From positions 11,618-75,617 of the forward strand of contig CAVYTU010000004.1 in NCBI GenBank assembly GCA_963771465.1: DNA of 64,000 nt. Reading direction: 5' to 3'. Of the stretch, positions 49,435-58,303 are shown in pieces (position 1 is the stretch's first letter; each line of letters starts with the position of its first letter). The DNA is from an uncultured delta proteobacterium. Its GTDB lineage: Bacteria; Desulfobacterota; Binatia; UBA9968. Made by a program: the position numbers and the translations under genes. A model generated the notes under the pieces. It made no database searches. It had not been told where the DNA came from and worked only from the letters and a program-made list of their open reading frames with translations.

Positions 49435-50759
49435 AAGTCGACTGATTGCCTCCCGAAGCGCGCGACGAGATACTCGTCCATGCGCGCCCGTAAGGAATCG
49501 ATCTTTATCCGGCCGACCAGATCGCTGGCGAAAGCGAAGGTGAGTAGGCTCTTTGCCTCGTCCATGCCAATGCCGCGCGAGCGGAGATAAAACAGCGCAT
49601 CGCCGTCCATTTGGCCAATGGTCGAACCGTGACTGCATTTGACGTCATCGGCGTAGATTTCTAACTGCGGCTTGGTATTCACCACCGCGTTCTCGGACAG
49701 GAGCAAGTTCTTGTTGGTTTGCCGCGCATCGGTTTTCTGCGCGTCTTTATGCACGACGATCCTGCCGTTAAATACTCCATGGGCGCTGCCGCTAAGAATA
49801 CCTTTGTAGAGCTCCAAACTGCTGGCGCGCGGCTTGAGATGCTCGATCTCCGTGAAGTTATCGATATGTTGTTTGCCGTTGGCCAAATACAAACCATTGA
49901 GCACGCACGCGGAACCTTCCCCATTGAGCGTGACTCGAACGTTGTTACGCACCAACGCCCCACTTAAACTCACCGCATGTGCCGTCAGGTGGCAGCCGCG
50001 CTCGAGGTTCGCTTCCAAAGCGCTAACGTGGAAACCCGTATCGCTCTCTTGTTGTAGCCGATAGTGCTCGATGATGGAATCCGGCCCGCCGACCAGTTCG
50101 GTCACCGCGTTACAAAAATATCCGCCATCCAAGCCCAAATAACTCTCGACGATCTTGGCCTCGCTGCCGGCACCGAGCAAGATCAGCGTTCGCGGGTGCG
50201 ACACGACGGGTTGGTTCGTCGCGGTGGAAACGAATACCAGGTAGATCGGCTGAACGGCGCGGCAGCCCGCGGCGATCGAAACCACCGCCCCATCTTCGAG
50301 GAATGCGGTATTCAAAGCGACAAACGGCTGGCGCCGACCACTGGCATAATGCCCCAAACGCGCCGCCGCCGTGGCGTCATCTGCTTTAATGAAATCGCCC
50401 AGACGCTTGACCATCACGCCGCGCTCAAGCATCGCGGAGTTAGATAACTCCTCGTTGTAGACCCCATTGACGAAGACTAGCCGCGGTGCGGCCGGGTCGG
50501 CCATCGAGCGCGCGACGATATCGCTCGCGCTAACAAGCTTCGCTTCGCCGTTGGCGCGGGCAAAACTTTGCGCTGCAATGGGTTCGACGTTGGTGTACTT
50601 CCATTCTTCGTTCTTAGTCGTCGGGAACCCGAGCTGGTCAAAGTCTGCCATGCCGGCTTCACGCAACTCGCTGAGCCATGCGGGATCGCGCCTCGCCGTA
50701 TGAGACTGCGCCTGCTGGTAAGCGGCGAGATATCGCTCTTTGCTTTCGCTCGTAATCAT
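49431..50759 (-). CDS. sufD: Fe-S cluster assembly protein SufD
   Basis: [49 protein letters not shown]. Confidence 0.93.
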   Translation of the reverse strand: MITSESKERYLAAYQQAQSHTARRDPAWLSELREAGMADFDQLGFPTTKNEEWKYTNVEPIAAQSFARANGEAKLVSASDIVARSMADPAAPRLVFVNGVYNEELSNSAMLERGVMVKRLGDFIKADDATAAARLGHYASGRRQPFVALNTAFLEDGAVVSIAAGCRAVQPIYLVFVSTATNQPVVSHPRTLILLGAGSEAKIVESYLGLDGGYFCNAVTELVGGPDSIIEHYRLQQESDTGFHVSALEANLERGCHLTAHAVSLSGALVRNNVRVTLNGEGSACVLNGLYLANGKQHIDNFTEIEHLKPRASSLELYKGILSGSAHGVFNGRIVVHKDAQKTDARQTNKNLLLSENAVVNTKPQLEIYADDVKCSHGSTIGQMDGDALFYLRSRGIGMDEAKSLLTFAFASDLVGRIKIDSLRARMDEYLVARFGRQSVDL

Positions 50760-50783
50760 GACGCGCTGATTTTTTTCGGGGCG

Positions 50784-51542
50784 TTAGTGAATGGCGGCAA
50801 CTTCGCTCTTGATCCAATCGTAGCCCTTGCGCTCAAGCTCTAGAGCCAACTCTTTGGTTCCTGACTTGACGATACGCCCATCGTAAAGCACGTGGATAAA
50901 GTCCGGCACGATGTAATCGAGCAAACGCTGATAATGGGTGATCACCACCATGGCGCGGTCGTTGCGCCTGAGCGCGTTGACGCCGTTGGCGACGACCCTC
51001 AGTGCGTCGATGTCCAATCCCGAATCGGTCTCATCGAGCAACGCCAAAGCCGGATCGAGCACGGCCATCTGCAAGATCTCGTTGCGCTTCTTCTCACCGC
51101 CGGAAAAGCCTTCGTTGAGCGGGCGGTTGGCGAGCACCTGATCCATTTCGACTAGCTTCATTTTGTCTTTGATGAGCGTCAGAAACTCCATGGCATCGAG
51201 CTCTTCGAGGCCGCGATGTTTGCGGATTGAGTTGAGCGCCGCCTTAAGAAAGTAGGTCGTGCTCACGCCGGGAATTTCGACCGGGTACTGAAACGCCAAA
51301 AACACCCCTTCACGGGCGCGCACTTCCGGACTCATGACGAGAAGATCTTTACCCAGATAAGTTACCGAACCGCCGGTGACTTCATAGTTCTCACGGCCCG
51401 ACAACACATGCGCTAAAGTGCTCTTGCCCGAACCGTTGGGACCCATGATTGCGTGCACTTCGCCGGCGCCGACGTGAAGATCGATGCCGCGTAAAATTTC
51501 CTTGTCGCCGACCCGCGCTCGCAAGCCTTTAATATCGAGCAT
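50784..51542 (-). CDS. sufC: Fe-S cluster assembly ATPase SufC
   Basis: GPNGSGKST, AFQYPVEIPG, GFSGGEKKR, LDETDSGLDID, ITHYQR. Confidence 0.97.
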   Translation of the reverse strand: MLDIKGLRARVGDKEILRGIDLHVGAGEVHAIMGPNGSGKSTLAHVLSGRENYEVTGGSVTYLGKDLLVMSPEVRAREGVFLAFQYPVEIPGVSTTYFLKAALNSIRKHRGLEELDAMEFLTLIKDKMKLVEMDQVLANRPLNEGFSGGEKKRNEILQMAVLDPALALLDETDSGLDIDALRVVANGVNALRRNDRAMVVITHYQRLLDYIVPDFIHVLYDGRIVKSGTKELALELERKGYDWIKSEVAAIH

Positions 51543-51999
51543 TCACTAACCCTTTGTCGGGCTGCGGTGTTCGTCCCAGCCGTTGTTTTAGTCCCTGGCG
51601 ATCGGCGATGCTGGCGATTGTCACACCCGCGAGAAAATTGGCCAACACCGACTGCGCTTCTTGCCAAATCGATTTTTGCAGACAGACGGCGCAGAACGAA
51701 CAATAATCCTCGCCCTTGTCCAAGCACTCCATCAAGACCAGCGGCCGCTCGACCGACTCGTATACGTCTTTAATCGAGATTGCGCTCGCCACCTTCGCCA
51801 AAGTGAAGCCGCCCTTCGAGCCAATATGCGATTGCACCAATCCGCCGGCGACCAAATCCTTCATGATCTTGGAAAGATAAAAGGACGGAATATCCTGGCT
51901 CTTTTCAATGTCAGTGCGGCTCACTACCCGGCCTTCCGATTGACCCGCGAGAAAAGACAGGGCCCTGACGGCGTAGTCGACGCGGCGCCCGACATTCAT
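51529..51999 (-). CDS. Rrf2-family transcriptional regulator (IscR-like)
   Basis: DYAVRAL, YLSKI..L..GLV.S..G.KGGF.LA, C-terminal ECLDKGEDYCSFCAVC. Start ATG 51999. Confidence 0.92.
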   Translation of the reverse strand: MNVGRRVDYAVRALSFLAGQSEGRVVSRTDIEKSQDIPSFYLSKIMKDLVAGGLVQSHIGSKGGFTLAKVASAISIKDVYESVERPLVLMECLDKGEDYCSFCAVCLQKSIWQEAQSVLANFLAGVTIASIADRQGLKQRLGRTPQPDKGLVNARY

Positions 52000-52045
52000 C
52001 AACGAACTGCGCTCGTTTCTTGGCTTTGTCCGCTTCACGATTTCA

Positions 52046-52075
52046 AATATAGACTCTGTAGGTCTCCAATGTCAA
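52046..52075 (-). promoter_or_regulatory. Sigma70-type promoter of the suf operon with overlapping Rrf2-type inverted repeat
   Basis: Minus strand TTGACA-N18-TATATT. AGAC-N7-GTCT at 52051-52065. Confidence 0.65.
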
Positions 52076-52337
52076 TATAGTGGCGCGACTCTCGGTACAT
52101 ACGATGCACCGGCGAAATTTCGGGATATCTTCATCAGCAAATCTCGCCCGACAAACAATACACCGCGTCGCCGTACGTAAAAATAGTTCCGTAGCGCGAA
52201 CTATCTACTCGCCGGACGGCAACCTGCCGCAAGCTAGGTTTACTGCAAATAATCACTGCAGGGTGATGCCGCGGAAGAAACTGCCAAAAGGGCAGTAGTT
52301 ACGCGCCATGGCACCCTTCGTGCTCTCATAGCCAATC

Positions 52338-52727
52338 ATGCTGAACACCAACAAGAAGATTTTGATTGTCGACAGCAATGACGCCTTTCGCGCCTCGCTC
52401 GGGGAATTTATCAAAGGTTTAGGCCACGAGGTCTTCGAAGGCGTTACGGGGCCGGACGCCATCGACAAGGCGTCCACCATCCATCCGGATTTGATCATGA
52501 TGGATATACGCTTGCCGGGGATGAATGGCGATGAAGTAACCGCACGACTGAAGTCGAATCGCTTGACTCGAAATATCCCAGTGGTGATTAATACCGGCTG
52601 GACAACTGCTTGCAACGTTGAAGAGCGTGTCGACCGCGCGCTCAACGCAGGGGCGGCAGAGATAATGTATAAGCCATTGCAATTTCCAGTGCTACGCGGT
52701 GTTCTACGTACCTATCTATCGGCCTAG
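52338..52727 (+). CDS. Single-domain response regulator (receiver)
   Basis: KILIVD, PDLIMMDIRLPGMNG, IPVVINTG, AGA..YKP. Confidence 0.9.
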   Translation: MLNTNKKILIVDSNDAFRASLGEFIKGLGHEVFEGVTGPDAIDKASTIHPDLIMMDIRLPGMNGDEVTARLKSNRLTRNIPVVINTGWTTACNVEERVDRALNAGAAEIMYKPLQFPVLRGVLRTYLSA

Positions 52728-53060
52728 CGCCACACGAAAAGCCCGAAGAAATCAAAAACCAACGAAGCGAGATTCTCCCCATTAGCCTGGGATACTTTGG
52801 CCGGTGCTTGCATCGACCCCGGCAAGCGCACCGTTTAACCGCGACTTGATGCTCTTCGTGCTCGCAAAACCTCTTCAGCTGTTAGGTCAAGACCCAGTTT
52901 TCTAAGTCATCAAGAATCACCGAAACCTCGACACAATGGTTATAGGGGTCACGCAACCGTGGACCGTACTTTAAATGTCCGGAAGCCGAATTCCCATCGT
53001 CTGAACATGCAGTGACCCTACCTCTTTCGACAGCGCCTGCCCCATGTTAAGAGAAATTTC

Positions 53061-53594
53061 ATGTCCATACTCAAAGTCACCCGTCTCGGTCATCCGGTGT
53101 TGCGCGAAGTTACCAAAAAAATTTCCGTCAAAGATCTCAAGACGCCAACCATGCAAAAATTCATCGACGACATGGTCGAGACTATGAAGGAATACGACGG
53201 CGTCGGCTTGGCGGCCGATCAAGTGTTTAGTTCTTTACAGGTCGCAGTGCTCGAAGTCGCCGACAATCCGCGTTATCCGAACAAAGCTCAAGTGCCCTTG
53301 ACCGTGCTGGTGAATCCGAAAATCACGCCGCTCGCCGACGAGATGGACGAAGACTGGGAAGGTTGTCTCAGCATTCCCGACTTGCGCGGCCGAGTGCCGC
53401 GTTACAAGAGTATCCACGTCCATGCCCTGGACCGGCGCGGCAAAAAATTGGACTTCGTCGCCCACGATTTTCACGCCCGCGTCATCCAGCATGAATTCGA
53501 TCATCTCAATGGCAAAGTTTATCTCGATCGCATGCGCGACTTCACCACACTCTCCTTCCTGCAGGAGTTCGCGAGATACTGGCTGGGAAAGTGA
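53061..53594 (+). CDS. def: Peptide deformylase
   Basis: GVGLAADQ, EGCLS, QHEFDHLNG. Confidence 0.96.
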   Translation: MSILKVTRLGHPVLREVTKKISVKDLKTPTMQKFIDDMVETMKEYDGVGLAADQVFSSLQVAVLEVADNPRYPNKAQVPLTVLVNPKITPLADEMDEDWEGCLSIPDLRGRVPRYKSIHVHALDRRGKKLDFVAHDFHARVIQHEFDHLNGKVYLDRMRDFTTLSFLQEFARYWLGK

Positions 53595-53717
53595 CGGCGA
53601 CCCCTTTTACTCCTAAGCTTTGAGAAGGAAGCCTTGAGAAACTCATCGCCGTTATCTTGCGCGCTCCCACGCCTTTCCGTCGTTGAGTTTCCCCAATCGA
53701 CAGGCTAGAGTCGCGCC

Positions 53718-55013
53718 ATGCATTTGCCCGATCTGGAATCCTCGCTCGATCGACTGCTGAGATCGGTGTCGCGTGCGACGGCACAAACTCTCGATCGCGC
53801 TCTCTCCGGTCAAGATATCACTGTCGATGAAGCTACCGGGCTATTCGAGGCGGATGGTGCCGATTTGTTGGCCATGATGGCGGCGGCCGATCACTTGCGC
53901 GCCCAGACCGTCGGCGACGTAGTCACCTACGTCATCAATCGCAACATCAATTTTACCAACGTCTGCGTCAAGCAATGCGGCTTTTGCGCCTTCAGCCGCG
54001 GCCATCTCGCCGAAGAAGGCTACTTCCTACCGATGGAAGAAGTTATTCGGCGGGCCGGCGAAGCAAGAGATCTCGGCGCCAGCGAAGTCTGCGTTCAGGC
54101 GGGCCTCGCGCCCGGCATGGACGGTTGGCATTATGTGAAGTTGTGCCGCGCGCTCAAAGCAGCCTTTCCCGATTTGCACGTTCACGGATTTTCGCCGGAA
54201 GAAGTGCTTTACGGCTCGACGCTTACCGGCGCGACCATTCGCGATTATCTCATCGCACTTAAAGACGCCGGCGTCGGCAGCCTGCCGGGAACCTCCGCCG
54301 AAGTTTTTGTCGACGAAGTGCGCCAGCGCATTTCGCCGGGGCGCATCGGCATCGATCAATGGATCGATGTCATTCAAACTGCTCACGAGGTGGGCATCCC
54401 GACCACGTCGACGATCATGTACGGCCACATAGAAACCGCGCGCCACCGCGCCATCCATCTAAACGTTCTGCGCGACCTGCAAAAGCGCACCGGCGGCATC
54501 ACCGAGTTCGTGCCGCTCAGTTTCGTTTACGAAGAGGCGCCGATGTCGCATCGACAAGCGCTGCCCGAGCTGCGCCATGGCGCCAGCGGCGCGGAAGTAA
54601 TGAAAATGTACGCGGTGTCGCGGCTGATGCTCAACAAGTGGATTCCCAACTTACAAGTCTCTTGGGTCAAAGAAGGACCGAAGCTATCGCAGATCGCGCT
54701 GCTCGCCGGCGCCAACGATTTCGGCGGCACGCTGATTAATGAAAGCATCTCCACCGCCGCCGGCGCGGGCTACGGCCAGCTGATGAAACCGTCGGAATTC
54801 CGCGGCTTGATTCGCGAGATGGGGCGCATCCCCGCGGAGCGCTCGACGACCTATCAAAAAGTTCGCGTCTTCGAGACCGAGAATAACCACCGCGACTTGC
54901 TCGACGAGGTCAACGATCCGGCCCAACGCTTCGGTTCCTATCAAAACCTTATTCATCTCAAAGAGTACCGCTTCCGCGATTTTTACCGCGAGCAGAAAAA
55001 CCCGAAGCATTGA
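53718..55013 (+). CDS. cofH: F0 synthase subunit CofH (radical SAM)
   Basis: NRNINFTNVCVKQCGFCAF (CxxxCxxC), PGTSAE, NLQVSWVKEG, GANDFGGTLINESISTAAGA. These match CofH rather than MqnC or MqnE. Confidence 0.85.
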   Translation: MHLPDLESSLDRLLRSVSRATAQTLDRALSGQDITVDEATGLFEADGADLLAMMAAADHLRAQTVGDVVTYVINRNINFTNVCVKQCGFCAFSRGHLAEEGYFLPMEEVIRRAGEARDLGASEVCVQAGLAPGMDGWHYVKLCRALKAAFPDLHVHGFSPEEVLYGSTLTGATIRDYLIALKDAGVGSLPGTSAEVFVDEVRQRISPGRIGIDQWIDVIQTAHEVGIPTTSTIMYGHIETARHRAIHLNVLRDLQKRTGGITEFVPLSFVYEEAPMSHRQALPELRHGASGAEVMKMYAVSRLMLNKWIPNLQVSWVKEGPKLSQIALLAGANDFGGTLINESISTAAGAGYGQLMKPSEFRGLIREMGRIPAERSTTYQKVRVFETENNHRDLLDEVNDPAQRFGSYQNLIHLKEYRFRDFYREQKNPKH

Positions 55014-55124
55014 CCGGCGCGCGCCTCGGTTCGAGCCTTAAAATAAACTGTCCGCGGCGTTTCGGCTCGAGCCATTGTCTAGTTGTGATTCAGTCAAATA
55101 TGCCATCCGTGGGAATCGACGCCC

Positions 55125-55754
55125 ATGATCGGTGACCCCGCCCAGTTTGAAGCGATCGGCAATCGCTTGGGCTTTCGCGTCGTCGAAGAAAGCGCCGATA
55201 AACTGAGACTCTACTGGCAGGGCCCGCGCTTCCCGGCCTATCTTTGCTTCGGCATCGCGTTGCTGCTGCTCGTCGTTTCCGTTCCCATCGTGCAAGCACT
55301 GCTGCTGCGCGGCTTCGTCGGTCCGGCGGGCTCGCTTTGGTATTTTCCGTTAATGAACTTGGTGCTGTTCGGGATTGCGTTTTTTTTGCTCACGCAACGG
55401 CGCATGATTGAGATTGACGGCGTAACTGGCCGGCTCACATTACGGCGCTTGAGCTTGTACCGCTCAACCGTGCTCGAGGTGAATTTCGCCGAGATCAAAT
55501 GCCTAACGCTGAGCAATGATCAAGTCTACAGCGGCTTTGCCATCGGCGGTTCGACGGCTGCGCAAACGTTCCCCATACCCGCATTACGGCTGTTTTTTTC
55601 CAACGGTGAGAACGTTTTGTTGGATCGCAGCAGTTTACGGCGCCTAACCGAGCTGGGCCGGCTCGTTAGCAAGCGCGTCATGAAATCGTTGGAAGTCGAT
55701 CCCGAATTACAAAACTCAGGTAGTGCCAACCCGGAGCAAACACCACGGGTCTAA
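55125..55754 (+). CDS. Hypothetical membrane protein (two predicted TM helices)
   Basis: 209-aa ORF filling the gap, with two hydrophobic stretches followed by a beta-rich soluble region. Confidence 0.7.
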   Translation: MIGDPAQFEAIGNRLGFRVVEESADKLRLYWQGPRFPAYLCFGIALLLLVVSVPIVQALLLRGFVGPAGSLWYFPLMNLVLFGIAFFLLTQRRMIEIDGVTGRLTLRRLSLYRSTVLEVNFAEIKCLTLSNDQVYSGFAIGGSTAAQTFPIPALRLFFSNGENVLLDRSSLRRLTELGRLVSKRVMKSLEVDPELQNSGSANPEQTPRV

Positions 55755-56404
55755 GATGCCGGGCCGCGGGCGATGATTTGATGGAGTTGGCCGATCGCTT
55801 TTTTAACCCCTTCTTGAGCTAACTGATCGGCGCTTAGCCAGCGCACGCCGCGGGAACCGATATCACCGAAGGCAAAAATATTTTCGCTTAAAGATTTCTG
55901 CGTTTCATCGAACTGCGCCGACCAGATCACGTCACCGCGCCGGACATCGACCAAATCTAAGACAAACGCCACAGAGGCCGGGCTCTTGGCGCCCCATTCG
56001 TCACCCACCCGCTCGCGAAAACGCTGCACCCGTGCCGTGATCACGGCGTCGGCATAGACCATTTCGCCGATTCGTTTGAGCCGACTAGCATCACCTGGCG
56101 GCAGTGACTGGCCGACTTCGCGCACTTCGTTTTCCGAAACGATCTGCCAATTGGGCAAGGAGGCCAACGCGGAGTAGGTAAATCGAACAAGACTTTCCGG
56201 TGCGTCGCGCTCGCTCGCGGGCGGCTCAAGTGCCGTGCCGAAGGGAATCTTCTGCGTGGTGGCGCCGGCCATTACCGCCGGCGGCACCACCGCGATGCGG
56301 CGAATCTTCCGCGCTTCGAGATCCGCGGAGTGGCGGCTTTGCAGATTGCCGAGACCGAAGCTGCAACCGATGACGACAAAAATCAGTGGAATAAGCTTGC
56401 GCAT
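55751..56404 (-). CDS. Hypothetical lipoprotein
   Basis: MRKLIPLIFVVIGC lipobox, RIAVVP, ADAV, G.VIW. Start ATG 56404. Confidence 0.7.
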   Translation of the reverse strand: MRKLIPLIFVVIGCSFGLGNLQSRHSADLEARKIRRIAVVPPAVMAGATTQKIPFGTALEPPASERDAPESLVRFTYSALASLPNWQIVSENEVREVGQSLPPGDASRLKRIGEMVYADAVITARVQRFRERVGDEWGAKSPASVAFVLDLVDVRRGDVIWSAQFDETQKSLSENIFAFGDIGSRGVRWLSADQLAQEGVKKAIGQLHQIIARGPAS

Positions 56405-56500
56405 GTTAGTGACGCTGAAAATATCAGAAGTGGCGCAATGGCTCAAGAAAAAGTTGTCCGTTGCCGGCGATTAAGAAGACAGTTGAAGACCGAGAGCGGA

Positions 56501-58303
56501 CTACTTGTCCGCGCCGCTCACGCGAATCCCAAGCTCGCGCAACTGGCGCGGATCGACGCTAGACGGAGCTTCGGTAAGCATGCACACCGCGCGCTGACTC
56601 TTGGGGAAGGCGATCACATCGCGCAGCGACTTGGCGCCGCTTAACAGCATCGCCAGGCGGTCGATGCCAAACGCGATACCGCCGTGGGGCGGCGCGCCAA
56701 AGCTTAGCGCTTCCAAGAAAAACCCAAATTTAGCGTCAGCCTCGGCCGCGTCGATGCCCATCAGAGCGAGAATTTTTCGCTGCAACTCGACTTGGTGAAT
56801 ACGGATACTGCCGCCGCCGACCTCGATTCCGTTCATCGCCAGGTCATAAGCCTTGGAGCGCGACTTCGCCGGCTCGCTGTCGAGCAGCGCCAAGTCGTCA
56901 TCGAGTGGCGCGGTGAACGGGTGGTGCAGTGCGACATAACGCTTCTCTTGGGGATCGAACTCCATCAACGGAAAATCGACGACCCAAACCAGCGCGAAGT
57001 CTTTCTCAGGGATCAAACCGAGCTTTTCGCCCAGGTGTAAGCGGAGATTGCCCAGCGCATCGTGCACGGTCTTCGCCGTGTCGGCGGAGAATAATACCAC
57101 GTCGCCAACTTGTGCTTGAGAAATGTTTTCGATTTCTTTCTGTTCCGCCGCGGAGAGAAACTTGGCGATGGGCGACTGCCAACCTTCCGAGGTGATTTTC
57201 GTCCAGGCGATGCCTTTGGCGCCAAAGGTTGCCACGAAGGGCGTCATATCGTCCAAATCCTTGCGCGACATCTCGCCGCCCTTGGGGATACGGATGCCTT
57301 TGACGACCCCGCCTCTTTGGATTGCGCCGGCAAACACCTTCGCCTCGCTGTTGCGCAACGCGTCGGTGAAGTCGCATAACTCCAATCCGAAACGCATGTC
57401 GGGCTTGTCCGACCCAAAGCGATTCATCGCTTCGTCGTAGGTCAAACGCGGGAACGGCCGTGGAATATCCATGCCCTTCAATTCCTTAAACAGTAGCGTG
57501 ATCATGCCCTCAACCACCGCCATGACATCTTGCGGCTGGACGAAGGATAGCTCCATATCGAGCTGGGTGAACTCGGGCTGGCGGTCGGCGCGCAAATCCT
57601 CGTCGCGAAAGCATTTGACGATTTGAAAATAGCGGTCCAGGCCGCCGACCATGAGAATCTGCTTGAACAGCTGCGGCGACTGCGGCAAGGCGTAGAATTT
57701 TCCGTGATAGATACGGCTCGGCACCAGATAATCGCGCGCCCCTTCCGGCGTGCTTTTGGTCAACACCGGCGTTTCGACATCGATGAAGCCCAAGCCGTCG
57801 AGATAGTCGCGGATTAGCTTCGTCATACGGTAGCGCAGCAACAGATGGCCGACGCTCTGCGGCCGGCGCAGATCGAGGTAGCGATATTTTAGCCGGGTGT
57901 TCTCGGTGGCGTCGGTTTCGTCTTCGATAACGAAAGGCGGCACTGCCGACGCGTTGAGCAAACGCAGCTCGCGGCTTTTGAGTTCTACTTCGCCGGTGGC
58001 GAGATCGGGATTGATGGTTTCCGCCGAGCGCTTGGCGAGCACGCCGCGCACCGCGATGACGTCTTCGGAGCGCAGCTGTTTTGCCTTCTCGTGCGACATC
58101 GGGTCGCTTGCCGGATTGAACACCACTTGACAAAGCCCGCTGCGGTCGCGCAGATCGACGAAGATCACGCCGCCATGGTCGCGCCGGCTATGCACCCAGC
58201 CGGCGAGAGTCAATTCGTTACCAACCGCATCCGCCCGCGCATCGCCGCAGTAACAACTGCGTTTCCAGTCGCCCAACTGATCGCTAAAAACTCGCTCCGC
58301 CAT
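56501..58303 (-). CDS. aspS: Aspartate--tRNA ligase (probably non-discriminating)
   Basis: RRDHGG (His variant associated with ND-AspRS), YALPQSPQLFKQ, CFRDEDLRADRQPEFTQLD, GAPPHGGIAFG. Confidence 0.97.
   Translation of the reverse strand: MAERVFSDQLGDWKRSCYCGDARADAVGNELTLAGWVHSRRDHGGVIFVDLRDRSGLCQVVFNPASDPMSHEKAKQLRSEDVIAVRGVLAKRSAETINPDLATGEVELKSRELRLLNASAVPPFVIEDETDATENTRLKYRYLDLRRPQSVGHLLLRYRMTKLIRDYLDGLGFIDVETPVLTKSTPEGARDYLVPSRIYHGKFYALPQSPQLFKQILMVGGLDRYFQIVKCFRDEDLRADRQPEFTQLDMELSFVQPQDVMAVVEGMITLLFKELKGMDIPRPFPRLTYDEAMNRFGSDKPDMRFGLELCDFTDALRNSEAKVFAGAIQRGGVVKGIRIPKGGEMSRKDLDDMTPFVATFGAKGIAWTKITSEGWQSPIAKFLSAAEQKEIENISQAQVGDVVLFSADTAKTVHDALGNLRLHLGEKLGLIPEKDFALVWVVDFPLMEFDPQEKRYVALHHPFTAPLDDDLALLDSEPAKSRSKAYDLAMNGIEVGGGSIRIHQVELQRKILALMGIDAAEADAKFGFFLEALSFGAPPHGGIAFGIDRLAMLLSGAKSLRDVIAFPKSQRAVCMLTEAPSSVDPRQLRELGIRVSGADK

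Noticed and set aside
49431-50759. Possibility that this gene is sufB
   Set aside because: It lacks SufB signatures such as GQFERTL, YIEGCTAP and YNFVTKR, and has SufD motifs.
53718-55013. MqnC/MqnE (futalosine pathway) assignment
   Set aside because: SWVKEG and GGTLINESIS match CofH, not MqnC (SWVTQG, EENVV) or MqnE (KAYW).
55026-55073. Two TCGGYTCGAGCC copies 36 nt apart, as a possible mini-CRISPR or repeat
   Set aside because: Only two 12-nt GC-rich copies with no cas genes, so chance cannot be excluded.
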